A stretch of DNA of 64,000 bases from a virus (lineage: Duplodnaviria > Caudoviricetes). Made by a program: the position numbers and the translations under genes. Positions 17,022-28,654 of the stretch are shown one piece after another (position 1 is the first letter of the stretch; each line of letters starts with the position of its first letter). Under the pieces are notes generated by a model. It was not told the origin of the DNA. It did no database searches and saw only the letters and a program-made list of their open reading frames with translations. The stretch covers positions 32,001 through 96,000 of the IMG/VR virus record IMGVR_UViG_3300014590_000001; one strand, written 5' to 3'.

Positions 17022-18481
17022 CAATTCTTAATACTTTCACGACACACGAAGAATTTGCGCAGGATATTTTGCGCCGTCTTGCAGATTCGACTTATTGGAC
17101 GGATCAGCAAGTCAGTAGCATGACCAGTTTGCTTGCGGATGCGCTCGGTGATTTGGGTATCACTAACAGCACCGCAACGTTGATTGCTGCGCGTGAAGCA
17201 TTTATTCGTTTGGCGCGTCGCACAAGTTCTATTTATGCTGGCGCTCGTTTTCTCGGTGTGGATATTCAGCGTAAATCTTACGGCACTGTAACCGCACGAA
17301 TCACAAATACAGGCCGCAACAAAATCACGTTGGATAAGTTCGAACCTATCAGCGTCGGATCTTATAGCGGTCTGTTGGGTGAGATTACTCAGTGGGAAGC
17401 AGGTGAAACGAAAGAAGTTAGTGTGATCATTGGTACGCGTTTTAAATTCACGAAGTACCTGACTGAAACCGAAGATTACATGACTGTAGATCTCGGCACT
17501 GACAATTTCGAAATCACCGACGATCTGGAAGTGTGGTTAGAAACTCCTACAGGCCAAAAGATTGTTTACGAACGTTTCGACAAATGTTTGTTTGAGGCGT
17601 ATGAGAATCAAAACATCTTCCTCGATATCACAAAAGATGATGGCGATGTAATGATTCAGTTTGGCGGCGAACGCTGGGGATCTATTCCACCTCTCGGATA
17701 TACTCTCAACGTTGCGGCAACTCGCGCATTAGGTGCAACCGTTAACACGGATTCAGTCGGTTTCAAAGTTGCTTCTGTTAACTACGGCGTGTTGCAAGGC
17801 AAAACAATTTCAAGTATTTCCGGCGCGTCTGATGAACCATCACCAGACTACTACAGAAAGTTTGCGCCTGTTCTCGGACGTGCGAAAGGTAAACTAATCC
17901 GCCACGACGAATGGAAAGCTGCTATCAGTTTGTATCCTGACGTTGCTGATGTTGTGATTATGTCGCAGCGTGATATTGCTCCAAACGATAAGGAATGGAT
18001 GGGCGTTATTCGCGTTTGTGTTTTACCAAAAAATACTTCTACGTGGGGCGGCATTAATCCTTCGCCTGTCTCTGCGCAGTGGAATAAATTCTTAGCATGG
18101 ATCAACGACAAGTATCGTTCTGAACTTGAAATCCAAACGTGGAATCCGGATAAACTCGCAGCCGATGTTATTATCGAAGTTGCGTTGTTTGCTGATGCTC
18201 CTGGAACTCGCCAATCAAACACCGATAAACTTTCTGCCGCAGTAATGAAACTTTTCGAGCGCAAATCTGGTTCTCTCGGTAAACGTCTTGCCTTGTCGGA
18301 TATTATCGACGCTGTAAAATATGACCACACCGATCCGGACGAACCTGTTAAGCGCACCGAAGTGGATTATCTGAATGTGCTTAGTCCGGTGCAAGATTTA
18401 ATCCCTAACAGCAAACTGGAATACGTTGCTCTGCGTAACTTGCAAATCAACGTGACGTACAGCGAAAGGAATATGTCATGA
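17018..18481 (+). CDS. Baseplate wedge protein (gp6/gpJ-like)
   Basis: A.EAFI.LARR.SSI..A..LG, IQFGG...G.IP and GASDEP motifs. Confidence 0.85.
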   Translation: MTILNTFTTHEEFAQDILRRLADSTYWTDQQVSSMTSLLADALGDLGITNSTATLIAAREAFIRLARRTSSIYAGARFLGVDIQRKSYGTVTARITNTGRNKITLDKFEPISVGSYSGLLGEITQWEAGETKEVSVIIGTRFKFTKYLTETEDYMTVDLGTDNFEITDDLEVWLETPTGQKIVYERFDKCLFEAYENQNIFLDITKDDGDVMIQFGGERWGSIPPLGYTLNVAATRALGATVNTDSVGFKVASVNYGVLQGKTISSISGASDEPSPDYYRKFAPVLGRAKGKLIRHDEWKAAISLYPDVADVVIMSQRDIAPNDKEWMGVIRVCVLPKNTSTWGGINPSPVSAQWNKFLAWINDKYRSELEIQTWNPDKLAADVIIEVALFADAPGTRQSNTDKLSAAVMKLFERKSGSLGKRLALSDIIDAVKYDHTDPDEPVKRTEVDYLNVLSPVQDLIPNSKLEYVALRNLQINVTYSERNMS

Positions 18482-21400
18482 AGTCACAAACTTCTGATTT
18501 CTTCTTAGACTTTATTCAGGACAATCCGGCGCTTGGTGAATTGTTTGATATCATTGGTCAGCACAATGATGATCTCAACATTTCTACTATTCAGCAATTG
18601 GTTGATTTGCGCCGCGTAGATAAAAACAGCACAACGGAAGTGCTGGAAGAAAGTGCTCAACAATTGGGTATCAACGTAACGCGTGATATCATGAGTTTCC
18701 GTAGCGAAGTATTCAAAAAGATTTTTGATACGCTTCCGGAATACAGCGAAGTCAGCGGTACAAAAGATTGGTCTAAATATGTTGCGATGATTCTCGGTGC
18801 AAACTTCGAAAGTTATCGTCTGTATACTAATGACTATCAAAGTTTCGTTCCTACTCCGCTTGGAACAATGATCAAAGACGGCGGCAGTTGGTACAAAACA
18901 ACCCACGTCGATCTTGAAGTGGATGCGCACCTGATTAATAGCGGCCTTGACCTGACAATCACTCGCGAAAGTAAAGCGGATATTGTCGCTGCGCTGATTA
19001 ACGTCGGTATGACTGAAACAGAAGCCGAAACATGGCACCTGAATCATATCGGTTTTGATCCGGTCAACATCGATCCTTATCAGAAAGCTGCACGTAACGT
19101 CATGTTCTTCCGTCGTACTGCTCAACTGTTTTATCAGTGGGCACCGATTGAAGAAGTGTTGCACGGCGTGTACACAACAATCAACATTGCCGCAGAAATT
19201 TATTGTGGCGCTCATGCTGTTGTTGAAAACGTTCGCCGCAGTTATGTAGGTAAGCCTCTCGTCGAACAACTGCAATTTATTCAGCCTGATTTTATTCACG
19301 GCGGCGAAGAGATTACTTTCGGCGTGAATGTGATGTACAGCGACGGCAGCGCAATCACCGAAGAAGTTTACGTTGAAGACCATGAAATGATTGAAAGCCG
19401 CAACGGAAATAAAGTTGTGTTCCGTGAGCCTATGGCAATCAGCACGATTGATCTTACTGTAACGTACAACGAAACTTCTCAGACAATCAGTGTGCGATTG
19501 TTTCCTCTCGGCATTGAACCCGATCCGGATGAAATCGAAATTGCTGTTAAAACTCTTTACGGCAATAGCAGTTCGCAAATCACTGTTTACGGTTTGTATG
19601 CCAACGGACAGAGGCGAGATATTACTGCGAGCGGTTCACTGATTATGGAATCAACTCTCGGATCGTTTAATGGTTCGCGTTTGGTTCTGCCTTATGTTCC
19701 GGCTGATACTGAAATCGTTATCGGCGCAAAATATCAGGGCATCTTCGACCACACTGACCATCGAAATTTCGTGGTGAAGAAAAGTGAAATGGAACTTATT
19801 CCAGTTTCAATTAGTATCACAACGCCTGACACAATCGAACAGGGAACGGATACGGAATTACGCGCATTCGTAACTTACAACGATGATACAAGTCGCTTGG
19901 TTGACCCGCAGTATTTGAGCACCAGTGAACATACTGATATCGTAGAAAACATGTTGCGCAGTGATATTCTGCGACAAGATTTTCTTTCTTCAGTTGCCGC
20001 GCAGTTTACGGATAACGGCGCTACGGTAAGCACTACCAAAACAATTAAGTTTTTAGCTCCTGCAACGAAACTTGCTGATTTGAATATCGTGTTGCCGTCT
20101 GTAATTCAGGAGAATGATAACGTTCAGCCAAAAGCAGTTGCGCTTTACGTGAAAGCAGATGCGACTCAAGATCAAATTGATAATCGTGATCCGACTGTCA
20201 TAGTTGAAGAAATTGAAGTTCAAGCGGAGTGGACAAGTTCTGCCGATCCTAGCGCTGGCGTACTCAACATTGTTGATATGAGTCGTGAAACAGGAAAGTT
20301 TGTTGCACCGCTTATTAATGATGGGTACGAAACTTTCTCTATCAATGCCGGAATCGCTGAAGGTAGCACTATCAAAACCTTCTCAAAGATTTTCGATATC
20401 TACAGCACGATTTATGTACCTCGCATTCTTAATCTGCTGTCTGCTGGAAAACTTAATTCCGGTCAGTCGATGAATCTTCCGGTTTCGTGTGAGTGGAATA
20501 CAAAGCAAGTTGCTTATGCTGACGTGAAGATTTCAGTAGAATTTATTCCCTCTCCTTCGGCTCAAGCTGAAGCCTACAAGCGTATTGTAGCCTTGCAGGA
20601 AGAAGCGATTAAGAACGGTCAAGACCCTACTCAATTTGATCCGCACAATCCGGATTATAAACGATGGGTAACTCTGAATGTTACTGACAGTGCTCAGTCC
20701 ATTGAAGATCCGTTCAATGAAGTTACGGCAAAAATGAAGCAACTGTATTTCAGAGGTGACTTGCATGGAAGTGCAAAACTCACAATTGAATATACGTATG
20801 GAAACACTACGATTGAAGACACTCGCGAAATTGTTTTGATTCCAATTCGCAGTCTGGTGAGTAGCGTTGAAATTGAATGCTATGATGTGCTGTTTGAAAA
20901 GTCGCGTACCTTTGCCCGTCTATTTGCAACTTACGAGGACGGATCTCAAGAATATGTTCAGGCTGCAAACTGGTCGGCATCGTGGCCAGGACAAGACGAA
21001 GACGATTATGAACAAATCAAGTTTATGCCGTCTACGTACAGCGGTATGAATGTTGTTGAAATTCTTGAAGGGAAAACTCCAACAACGTTTGCTCAATTCA
21101 AGGCGATGGAAGCTGCAAAACTTCCAATGCTGATTAACATCGGCTCGCTCAACGAATTAAACACAACGTTCTTTGATGGCGCTATTGTTCAGGTCAACAA
21201 GTTGGAAGTTGACAGCTACGCAAGTTTGAATGCTCGGTTCTATCGTACCGAAACTTCTCTGCCTGTTATGCTGCGTATTCCCGATCCGCAAAGTATCAAT
21301 ACGATTCTTTCTGCTCGTATTGATGGATCAACCTCTATCAGTGCTGAAGTTCAATCCGAATCGTATGCGCTCGTATGTACTTTTGAAATGCCTGGGGTTG

Positions 21401-23001
21401 TTCGCAACATGGACGGCACCTACGGAAATATTCCAAAGACAACTTACGATGCAGAAATGACGTGTGATTGGTTTATTACGGATCATTACACGTTGGACAT
21501 TACAAACAATCAACGCACTCTCATTCCATCCAATACTCCTGTTGCAGTCATTGATGCTGAAGGTGATTTAACTCCTTCTCAAAACGCCAACACTGCTGTA
21601 AGAATTCGCGCTCGTTATCAATGTGATGGCTATAGTATCGAAAGATTCTTGCTGGTGTATATCACGAAAGCGAACACGTATCTTTTGTCGATGGGAATTA
21701 CAGGACAGGAAGATGTGTGGGATGTTCCAGAGCGAAATCCAACTTTGGAATATAAAAACGGACAGTGGTACATTCCTTATGGCTATCGCGTCAATTTAAA
21801 TACGGGCGAAGAAATTGTTGGGAATGAAGGTACTTGGATTATCGGTGACGATACCGATGTTGAAGCAGTTTCAATTGATAGCCCTTCTGGACATTTAACC
21901 ATTGGTAGTGGTCAGTTGTCGGACGGTAAGATTCGTATTGATTGCGAGTTCGTAAAAATCAATCCTGAATCCGCGCAGAACGAAACGATTCGTGCATCAC
22001 GCGTTATCAATATGAAAAGCTCACGTACAATCGAAGTAGCAGAAGTTTCTGCTCCTGCGGAAACGTTTACTCCAAACAATAAGTACCAGTTGCTTGTGGA
22101 GTATATTCGCAGAAGTGGCGCGAAAGGTACAAACGTTTCTCCTGATGCAAGTAGCGTAAACTTTTCATGGACGATCATTAAATCCTCGCCTGGGTTTAGT
22201 GTAGATTCAAAAGGAGTATTTACTTTCGCACCTGCTGATGACATTCAGAACGTTACTGTTCGCTGTACTCTGCGTGAGCAACGCACGGTGATTGAGCGTG
22301 ATATTGATCTGACTTGTTTGAAAATTGGATATCCGCAAGATCTCACTCTCACTGGTTTCTCTAACGTTCGCGACGATAGTAAATTCCAGTTGAAAGCGTT
22401 GCTCGGACGTTCAGGAACTTTCAACAAAGAAGATGTGAGCGCGTTAGCTTTATGGCAAGTGACGAATGATCGAGGCGACACTATTGATGTTCAGGGTGTT
22501 AGTGTTGATCAGCGTGGAAACGTTACAATCGGTTCTCTGTTAGTAGATACAAAGTTTGGCATTCGCTGCACCTATATCGAAAACAAAGTTCGACTGTCTC
22601 AGATTCAATATATCACTGCGCACAGTAGCTATCCGTATTACGGCACCGCTCCATTTGGTATTGCTAACCTTGCACAAGCGGAACAAAATCTTACTGCACG
22701 TCTGCGAAGTAATGTTGGCGGCACGTTTGTATTTTCTCCGCGCACAAATGAGTACGGATATTTTATGAGTCCTGCTCGTTATGGATCTGCGCAGTTCGGC
22801 GCTGCTTCAGATTCGCAGGGGCAAGTGAATACTGCATGGAAAGGAATGGATGGCGCTCGCTGGCCTGTAACTGGCAGCGATGGAAAAACTGGCCCTCTTT
22901 CTCTTCAGAAAGTTTACGACAATGTGACTGAAACTTTATATCTGTATCGATCTAACGAACGTGCTTTCGGCTCGGCAGTTATGACGGTGCGGTATTCATA
23001 A
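18478..23001 (+). CDS. Large baseplate wedge protein (gp7-like N-terminus) with tandem Ig-like domains
   Basis: 1507 aa. N-terminal SAQQLG..LP.Y....GT. Repeated A.V.Y.DG and W....G.L motifs. Confidence 0.65.
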   Translation: MKSQTSDFFLDFIQDNPALGELFDIIGQHNDDLNISTIQQLVDLRRVDKNSTTEVLEESAQQLGINVTRDIMSFRSEVFKKIFDTLPEYSEVSGTKDWSKYVAMILGANFESYRLYTNDYQSFVPTPLGTMIKDGGSWYKTTHVDLEVDAHLINSGLDLTITRESKADIVAALINVGMTETEAETWHLNHIGFDPVNIDPYQKAARNVMFFRRTAQLFYQWAPIEEVLHGVYTTINIAAEIYCGAHAVVENVRRSYVGKPLVEQLQFIQPDFIHGGEEITFGVNVMYSDGSAITEEVYVEDHEMIESRNGNKVVFREPMAISTIDLTVTYNETSQTISVRLFPLGIEPDPDEIEIAVKTLYGNSSSQITVYGLYANGQRRDITASGSLIMESTLGSFNGSRLVLPYVPADTEIVIGAKYQGIFDHTDHRNFVVKKSEMELIPVSISITTPDTIEQGTDTELRAFVTYNDDTSRLVDPQYLSTSEHTDIVENMLRSDILRQDFLSSVAAQFTDNGATVSTTKTIKFLAPATKLADLNIVLPSVIQENDNVQPKAVALYVKADATQDQIDNRDPTVIVEEIEVQAEWTSSADPSAGVLNIVDMSRETGKFVAPLINDGYETFSINAGIAEGSTIKTFSKIFDIYSTIYVPRILNLLSAGKLNSGQSMNLPVSCEWNTKQVAYADVKISVEFIPSPSAQAEAYKRIVALQEEAIKNGQDPTQFDPHNPDYKRWVTLNVTDSAQSIEDPFNEVTAKMKQLYFRGDLHGSAKLTIEYTYGNTTIEDTREIVLIPIRSLVSSVEIECYDVLFEKSRTFARLFATYEDGSQEYVQAANWSASWPGQDEDDYEQIKFMPSTYSGMNVVEILEGKTPTTFAQFKAMEAAKLPMLINIGSLNELNTTFFDGAIVQVNKLEVDSYASLNARFYRTETSLPVMLRIPDPQSINTILSARIDGSTSISAEVQSESYALVCTFEMPGVVRNMDGTYGNIPKTTYDAEMTCDWFITDHYTLDITNNQRTLIPSNTPVAVIDAEGDLTPSQNANTAVRIRARYQCDGYSIERFLLVYITKANTYLLSMGITGQEDVWDVPERNPTLEYKNGQWYIPYGYRVNLNTGEEIVGNEGTWIIGDDTDVEAVSIDSPSGHLTIGSGQLSDGKIRIDCEFVKINPESAQNETIRASRVINMKSSRTIEVAEVSAPAETFTPNNKYQLLVEYIRRSGAKGTNVSPDASSVNFSWTIIKSSPGFSVDSKGVFTFAPADDIQNVTVRCTLREQRTVIERDIDLTCLKIGYPQDLTLTGFSNVRDDSKFQLKALLGRSGTFNKEDVSALALWQVTNDRGDTIDVQGVSVDQRGNVTIGSLLVDTKFGIRCTYIENKVRLSQIQYITAHSSYPYYGTAPFGIANLAQAEQNLTARLRSNVGGTFVFSPRTNEYGYFMSPARYGSAQFGAASDSQGQVNTAWKGMDGARWPVTGSDGKTGPLSLQKVYDNVTETLYLYRSNERAFGSAVMTVRYS

Positions 23002-23006
23002 ATTGC

Positions 23007-23024
23007 GGCGGGCTTCGGCTCGCC
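23007..23024 (+). promoter_or_regulatory. cUUCGg tetraloop hairpin (weak terminator or RNA stability element)
   Basis: GGCGGGC-TTCG-GCTCGCC without a U-tract. Confidence 0.5.
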
Positions 23025-23040
23025 CTATTAGGAGACACGT

Positions 23041-24123
23041 ATGAAATTTGTGGCACCTAATGCTGTCCCTCGGCTGAAAAGAAATTTTGCTTCAGCATTA
23101 GATCGAATGTTTTTCTTTGATGACCAAACTGATCAAAGCGAACTCAATATAAACAACTGGCATGAATTGTTTCCTAAAGTTCGCGCAGGTAGTTACAAGT
23201 TTGAAAGTGGTGTTTGGAAAACTGGACAAGTTCAAGGCCAGTACAATTCATCAAAATATTATCCTGCAAACTTAGGCAAGTTGCCTGATATGACCAGCAC
23301 TGCGAGTTGGTCTACTGAAAGCTACAGTAACGTTTCTATTCCAGTTTCAAAACCTAACGATATGTTGGATTTTCTGACATTCGATCCTGAATCGACCGAT
23401 CCTGTAAACAAGCCTTTAGGTCTTACGCCAAAGAAACTTTATAGTTGGGGAGGAAATGGATATTCCGCGCCTGATGGTAGAATTCTTTATGCAATGAAAC
23501 CTTTAAACAATTCCGGCGCTACAGCATTTGGTAAGTTGGAAACTCCGTTCTCGAAAACTAATATGAATTACACTTCAGGCGGTGGCTATAACAGTACGTG
23601 GAAAAACTATACCGGAAGATTTGGTGTAACGCGTGTTGTTCCGAAAACAGTGAATGGAAAAGCTGACGCGGATGTTACTTCGGCAGGTGTCACTTTATGG
23701 AACCAACTCGATCCAAACATAAGCTATATTCTTAGTGGTGCGGTTCCTGCAACGCTGATTATATTTGAACGTGTTGAGTTGTATAGTTTTCAGCAAATTT
23801 ATGCCGCAGGTTCTGGCGCTGGCACTCGTTATGATTATAACTACTATAACTTTCGAAATTTGCAAAGTGTTGTTGCGCCAGATAACACTACCTTCAATGA
23901 GGCAAATGCAAAAGCGATCTACTATCCCATTAATGGAACACCGGAAACTCCAAACATTACATGGGGCGCAATCTTAATGCAATGGATGAAAGAGCGCGTA
24001 TTTTTAAAACTGGATGAAAATGACATTGTTGGTAAGATAGCAACGCCTGGGACTAGCGCTCAGATTACGGCGCAGAAAACTTTTGTAGCTCCAGTCACTG
24101 ATCAACAAATCTTCTTGATGTAA
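23041..24123 (+). CDS. Putative virion/fibre protein
   Basis: 360 aa, rich in G/N/T/Y, located in the baseplate cluster. Confidence 0.55.
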   Translation: MKFVAPNAVPRLKRNFASALDRMFFFDDQTDQSELNINNWHELFPKVRAGSYKFESGVWKTGQVQGQYNSSKYYPANLGKLPDMTSTASWSTESYSNVSIPVSKPNDMLDFLTFDPESTDPVNKPLGLTPKKLYSWGGNGYSAPDGRILYAMKPLNNSGATAFGKLETPFSKTNMNYTSGGGYNSTWKNYTGRFGVTRVVPKTVNGKADADVTSAGVTLWNQLDPNISYILSGAVPATLIIFERVELYSFQQIYAAGSGAGTRYDYNYYNFRNLQSVVAPDNTTFNEANAKAIYYPINGTPETPNITWGAILMQWMKERVFLKLDENDIVGKIATPGTSAQITAQKTFVAPVTDQQIFLM

Positions 24124-24135
24124 AACGAAACTTTT

Positions 24136-24165
24136 GGGTGGCCTTTTGGCTGCCCTTTTTCTTTT
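24136..24165 (+). terminator. Rho-independent terminator
   Basis: GGGTGGCC-tttt-GGCTGCCC followed by TTTTT. Nearly identical to the 16252 hairpin. Confidence 0.85.
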
Positions 24166-24210
24166 CTGTACTGCATAACACTAATTTTAAAGGACTAATC
24201 CAAAGGAGTA

Positions 24211-26538
24211 ATGAGAATGGCATCACAATCAATCTATGTTGATGCGCTTCGACTGACAACAATCGGTGAACAGGCCGTTGCTTCCGCGAACGCGGGTGGC
24301 ATCGTTGTAAAACCCATTGCTTTTAAGGTCGGTGATTTCACAGGCTCGCAGCCTAGCGCTACGCCGACGCAACTCTTAGGCAAAGAGCTTGCATCCGGTC
24401 AACTTTCTTTTGTTCAGATTCAAAGTGAAAACTCTGCACGTTTTGTTTTCGATGTTTCTATCGAATATAAAAACAATGAAGAGATTAAATCTGTTGGTGA
24501 AATTCTCATATTGCTCGAAGACGGACGCGCTTTCGGGCATGTTGTGCTTTCTAACCCAATTATGGTGGTTCCTAACAGTGCTGCGCGTATCAGTTTGCTT
24601 GTTCATATCAAACAAGACATTCAAAAAATTCTTGATGTGACGATGTATGACTACGCGACAATTCCTTCTGTTGCGACTCTCGCGAATCTTCCTTCTTCCA
24701 ACAATAACCAGTTCAATGCGATCAGCGTTTTAGATTTGCATGTGAACAGTGATGGAAGTAAAAGCCCAGGCACCGCATTCCGTTATGGCGCAGGTGGATA
24801 TAATTGGGGCTTCAGCGAACATGATCGCGTTTATGCAAAAGCACTCGGCGCAGATTTTATTAACGCGAATACTTTCAACACAAGTTTGAAACTTTCGCAG
24901 GATGAAATTGTAATCGTTCAAACTATTAGTGGCCCCGGCACTGGCGCGTGTCGTCACTATAAATATAAGAACGGACAATTAATCAATCAGGAAAAAGCAA
25001 TTCCGTTTATCAGTTCTGCAACTACAGTCGCAGTATGGAAACGAATTGTGAATCCAATTGTTCCGACTGCTGGTATTCCGTGGCCTGAAAACAGCGAAGT
25101 TCCTCCTGAATGGGCGCTGTTCCGTGGCGAAGATGGAAAACCTTATTGGGGGCCAATCGCAGGAGGCAATCGCCAAAGTACCGCAACGCTGTTTACTCCT
25201 CCGGGAAAACTTTTATTCAGTAGCGTTGTAACTACGGGAACAACTGACACACTCACTTATGCACTGTCAGATGAAATTGATAGCGCAACCGATTTACTTC
25301 TCGGCACAAGCGGCGTACTGCAACCGCGCACCGCATACGAAGTTCGCGGAAGAGAGTTAGGTCTGTCAGAATTTCTTCCTGCTGCAATGACTCTGGATGT
25401 GCGTCAATTCCGTTTGGAACCATCGCAAGGTCACGTTGTTCTGTTCGAAGTTTATGACTTTGTTGGCGACGGACAAACGAGTGAATTCAAGTTAGGAAAT
25501 CTTCCGGTTGAAAGCGTCGATCATATCTTTGCGGTAGTCGGAAATATCTGGCAACCAACAACCGTGTACAAACTGAATAACGGAAACCGTTTAAAGTTTG
25601 TTGATGCAATTCCTTCAGGTCAAAAAGTTTCGCTGTATGTTGCACGTCACGAAGAACGCGCAGGTTGGTCTTCGCGTATTCGCGTAGCAACTTTCAAACT
25701 GCCATTCGGTACAGATACTTTTGAACTTCCAATTACTCCGCTGAATAAAGCGCATGTGATTGCGAACTTAGGCGGCCTTGCTAGTCACTCAAGTGATTTC
25801 ACGTTAGTAGGCAGCACAGTTAAATTTAGTTCGAACGTTAAACAAGACACGTTGGTTGAATTCACCGTGTTTGAAAACGTTAAAAGTATCGGCAGCAAAG
25901 ACACGAATATCGAAGGTGTGATCGTTGATGTTATCGCTACACCAACGGGTTACATGTTTAAACGTCAAGGCATGACTGCATTGCATGTTCCGATGTTTAC
26001 TCCAGATATTCGCGCAGGAAAAGGAATCACAATCGAAGGTGTTTGGCCTTTCGTGAAGATTCATTCCGATGCAGCGATGGCTGAAGAAGATGATCCGAAA
26101 GCAATCTACAACATTCAGCAACGCGTTGAAGATAGCGAAGAGATTGTTATTACTCAGCGTATCTCTTTCAACAAAGGTGTGACGATTAGCGCAACCGCAG
26201 ATTTTCAGGCGCAGTTAGGGCCAGGATTTGCTGTAGCAGTTGGCAACGAACATATTGAATTTGTTCTTGCGTCGAAAACTCCTGGGACAGATGCACCGGA
26301 ATATGGGCGCGGCGTGAAAGGTACTGGTGCTGCTGGTTTGTCAGTAGTGAATCCAAACAGCACAGAATCAATTGCCTACGGTAACGCAAGCATCACGCAA
26401 ATGTACGATCTGATTCGTGATAATCATCCGGCGGGATATGTTGAAATCGTTGCGAAGATGCGTATCAGCAATGCGATGGTTGGTAACTATCCTTCGAAAC
26501 TTGTTGCGAATCTTTGCATTAAGGTGGAACCACGATGA
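24211..26538 (+). CDS. Tail fibre anchor/baseplate protein with internal repeats
   Basis: N-terminal LTTIGEQAVA..FKVGD (fibre-collar type). Repeated GDGQTSEF.L and V..G..Q....Y modules. Confidence 0.6.
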   Translation: MRMASQSIYVDALRLTTIGEQAVASANAGGIVVKPIAFKVGDFTGSQPSATPTQLLGKELASGQLSFVQIQSENSARFVFDVSIEYKNNEEIKSVGEILILLEDGRAFGHVVLSNPIMVVPNSAARISLLVHIKQDIQKILDVTMYDYATIPSVATLANLPSSNNNQFNAISVLDLHVNSDGSKSPGTAFRYGAGGYNWGFSEHDRVYAKALGADFINANTFNTSLKLSQDEIVIVQTISGPGTGACRHYKYKNGQLINQEKAIPFISSATTVAVWKRIVNPIVPTAGIPWPENSEVPPEWALFRGEDGKPYWGPIAGGNRQSTATLFTPPGKLLFSSVVTTGTTDTLTYALSDEIDSATDLLLGTSGVLQPRTAYEVRGRELGLSEFLPAAMTLDVRQFRLEPSQGHVVLFEVYDFVGDGQTSEFKLGNLPVESVDHIFAVVGNIWQPTTVYKLNNGNRLKFVDAIPSGQKVSLYVARHEERAGWSSRIRVATFKLPFGTDTFELPITPLNKAHVIANLGGLASHSSDFTLVGSTVKFSSNVKQDTLVEFTVFENVKSIGSKDTNIEGVIVDVIATPTGYMFKRQGMTALHVPMFTPDIRAGKGITIEGVWPFVKIHSDAAMAEEDDPKAIYNIQQRVEDSEEIVITQRISFNKGVTISATADFQAQLGPGFAVAVGNEHIEFVLASKTPGTDAPEYGRGVKGTGAAGLSVVNPNSTESIAYGNASITQMYDLIRDNHPAGYVEIVAKMRISNAMVGNYPSKLVANLCIKVEPR

Positions 26539-27509
26539 CCGGACTTCTGCGATTAGATCAGGTTAAAACTTATGGCGATGAAGACGGAAAAGAACTTGTC
26601 GCCGGAGAAAATCTTTCTTTCGTAGATACGGATTCACTGAAGAACACTCAAATCGCTGACATAAAGTTTGATTCGAAAACTGGAATTTTAGTTATCATCA
26701 AACGCAATGGGAAGATCGTTAATATCTCTGGTCTTCCCACTGTTAGTTTATTGGGCGAAGGATTAACTGGCGGTAAAGGTGCCCCAGGAAAAGCAGGACG
26801 CGACGGAAGAAAAGGACGCGACGGATCAACTGGCCCTCGCGGAAATACTGGCGAGCGTGGAGTAAAAGGAAAACCCGGCCCCGATGGAGAAGATGGAGTT
26901 GATGGAGTTGATGGCGATGATGGTTATCGCGGCAACATCGGAAATCCTGGGCCGCAGGGGGCAACTGGTGCAACTGGTCCAACTGGCCCTGATGGTCCGG
27001 CGGGCGAAGATGGGCCAAGTTGTATTAGTGGTGCAACTGGTCCAACTGGCCCTGCACCAAATACACAAGTTGTTGTTCAAGGCGGATCTGTTCCGCCAAC
27101 ACAAAAAACAACTTTCGCTTGGTGTTTTCCAATCGCAACAACAAATCCAATTCCTGTTTTACCTTCCGTTCCTTCAATCAGTGCTTCTGTATCTAATATC
27201 GATCTTGTTGCAACACGCGTTGTTGCAGGTAATGATTTGTTTAATGTTCAGGCGTATTTGCCTGTTAACGTTCGAGGTGGTAGCGGAAACTACGCATACA
27301 AGTGGACGTTAAGTGCGATGGAAAGCACATCATTAAAAGGCGTGACAGACAGAATTGTTCAAGTTGTTTTTAACGGAAAAGTAGACCCAGGAAAAACACT
27401 TTCACTTGTTGCAACATTAACGTGCGTGATTACGGATATGGGGCAAAGTTCTCGTCCTACTGCAACGGTGAGATCTACAATTCGATTGACTGCACGTAAC
27501 CCTAAATAG
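26535..27509 (+). CDS. Collagen-like fibre protein 1
   Basis: Long Gly-X-Y run and an Ig-like C-terminus ([10 protein letters not shown]). Confidence 0.85.
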   Translation: MTGLLRLDQVKTYGDEDGKELVAGENLSFVDTDSLKNTQIADIKFDSKTGILVIIKRNGKIVNISGLPTVSLLGEGLTGGKGAPGKAGRDGRKGRDGSTGPRGNTGERGVKGKPGPDGEDGVDGVDGDDGYRGNIGNPGPQGATGATGPTGPDGPAGEDGPSCISGATGPTGPAPNTQVVVQGGSVPPTQKTTFAWCFPIATTNPIPVLPSVPSISASVSNIDLVATRVVAGNDLFNVQAYLPVNVRGGSGNYAYKWTLSAMESTSLKGVTDRIVQVVFNGKVDPGKTLSLVATLTCVITDMGQSSRPTATVRSTIRLTARNPK

Positions 27510-27519
27510 AGGAAAAGTT

Positions 27520-28152
27520 ATGCCACTTTTAAAAGTTGACGTTGGCATGATTGCTGCTCAAGGAGCTTCAGACAATACGCCTATCCGCGCAGGGCAAGGC
27601 GTTCTGCAAGTAAGTGCTGATGAATCTGGAGTTCCTTCAGAAATCACCGATGAATCTAGTTATGATGAAACTTCCGGAATTTTAACTTTACGTTTTGAAA
27701 ACGGAAGTTCTGTTTCAATAAAAGGTTTTCCAACTGCCTCAAGTATTCCTGCTGGACGACAAGGGCCACGCGGAGAAACTGGTGCTGATGGAAAAGATGG
27801 GCGCGATGGGCGCGATGGTGCGCAAGGTGGGATCGGTTGTACAGGGCCAGTAGGGCCAGATGGCGATGACGGAAACCCAGGAAAAGATGGACGCGATGGA
27901 AACCCAGGAATTCCTGGAGAAATCGGACCAACTGGCGCAACTGGACCAACTGGAAATCCGGGGCCAACTGGTGCAATGGGAAAACCGGGACCAACTGGTG
28001 CAACTGGAAAAACTGGACCAACTGGCCCGACTGGTCCAGAAGGCCCGTCAGGAAAACTTGCAATCGTTGTGAGTTCAACACAGCCAGCGGGAATGGCAGC
28101 GGGAACACTTTGGGTAAACCCTTCTATCGATCAAGCTGCAACGTGGCCGTAA
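27520..28152 (+). CDS. Collagen-like fibre protein 2
   Basis: Gly-X-Y run, ending STQP..GTLWV. Confidence 0.85.
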   Translation: MPLLKVDVGMIAAQGASDNTPIRAGQGVLQVSADESGVPSEITDESSYDETSGILTLRFENGSSVSIKGFPTASSIPAGRQGPRGETGADGKDGRDGRDGAQGGIGCTGPVGPDGDDGNPGKDGRDGNPGIPGEIGPTGATGPTGNPGPTGAMGKPGPTGATGKTGPTGPTGPEGPSGKLAIVVSSTQPAGMAAGTLWVNPSIDQAATWP

Positions 28153-28162
28153 GGAAAAGATC

Positions 28163-28651
28163 ATGGTACAAAAAGTTGATATTGATCTGATCAAAGCTGA
28201 TAGTTCTGGTCAGGTTATTTCTGAAGGTGGTTCTCTTGCAGTTAAAACTGTTGACGATAATTCACTGTCCGGAAATTTTGATCGTTTATCTGGTACACTC
28301 GTAATTAATATTCCGAACGTTGGAAAACTTCAAGTTTCTGGATTCACAACGGTAAACGATATCGGTTTAGGGCCACGCGGTGAAGAAGGTGAAGATGGTC
28401 GCGATGGTATCGACGGTTTATCTGGATCTGATGGTGGTCGTGGTGCTGATGGTTGTATTGGCCCTCGCGGTAACGAAGGTTTGCCTGGGAAAGTTGGTGT
28501 GCGTGGCCCTCGCGGCGCAATTGGCCCAACTGGAAATACGGGCAACACCGGCCCCGCAGGAAAAGATGGAGTGATGGCTGTATTTATTCAAGCCGTCGAT
28601 CCGGCGCTTGAAAGAGAGTTATTGCCGGGGACTATCTGGGTCCGGGCATAA
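28163..28651 (+). CDS. Collagen-like fibre protein 3
   Basis: Gly-X-Y run, ending DP..GTIWVR. Confidence 0.85.
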   Translation: MVQKVDIDLIKADSSGQVISEGGSLAVKTVDDNSLSGNFDRLSGTLVINIPNVGKLQVSGFTTVNDIGLGPRGEEGEDGRDGIDGLSGSDGGRGADGCIGPRGNEGLPGKVGVRGPRGAIGPTGNTGNTGPAGKDGVMAVFIQAVDPALERELLPGTIWVRA

Positions 28652-28654
28652 TTT

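Noticed and set aside
6249-18481. Bacterial T6SS or eCIS locus (VgrG-, PAAR- and TssE-like genes)
   Set aside because: There are no TssJLM, ClpV or host genes, and the context (homing HNH, spanins, fibres, dense small ORFs) is phage.
18505-19578. Long antisense ORFs (e.g. 18505-19578, 3616-4317, 61806-62495)
   Set aside because: They are shadows of codon-biased real genes on the opposite strand and have no SD or recognisable motifs.
26743-28574. Alternative-frame and antisense ORFs over the collagen genes
   Set aside because: They are by-products of stop-poor Gly-X-Y codon repeats.
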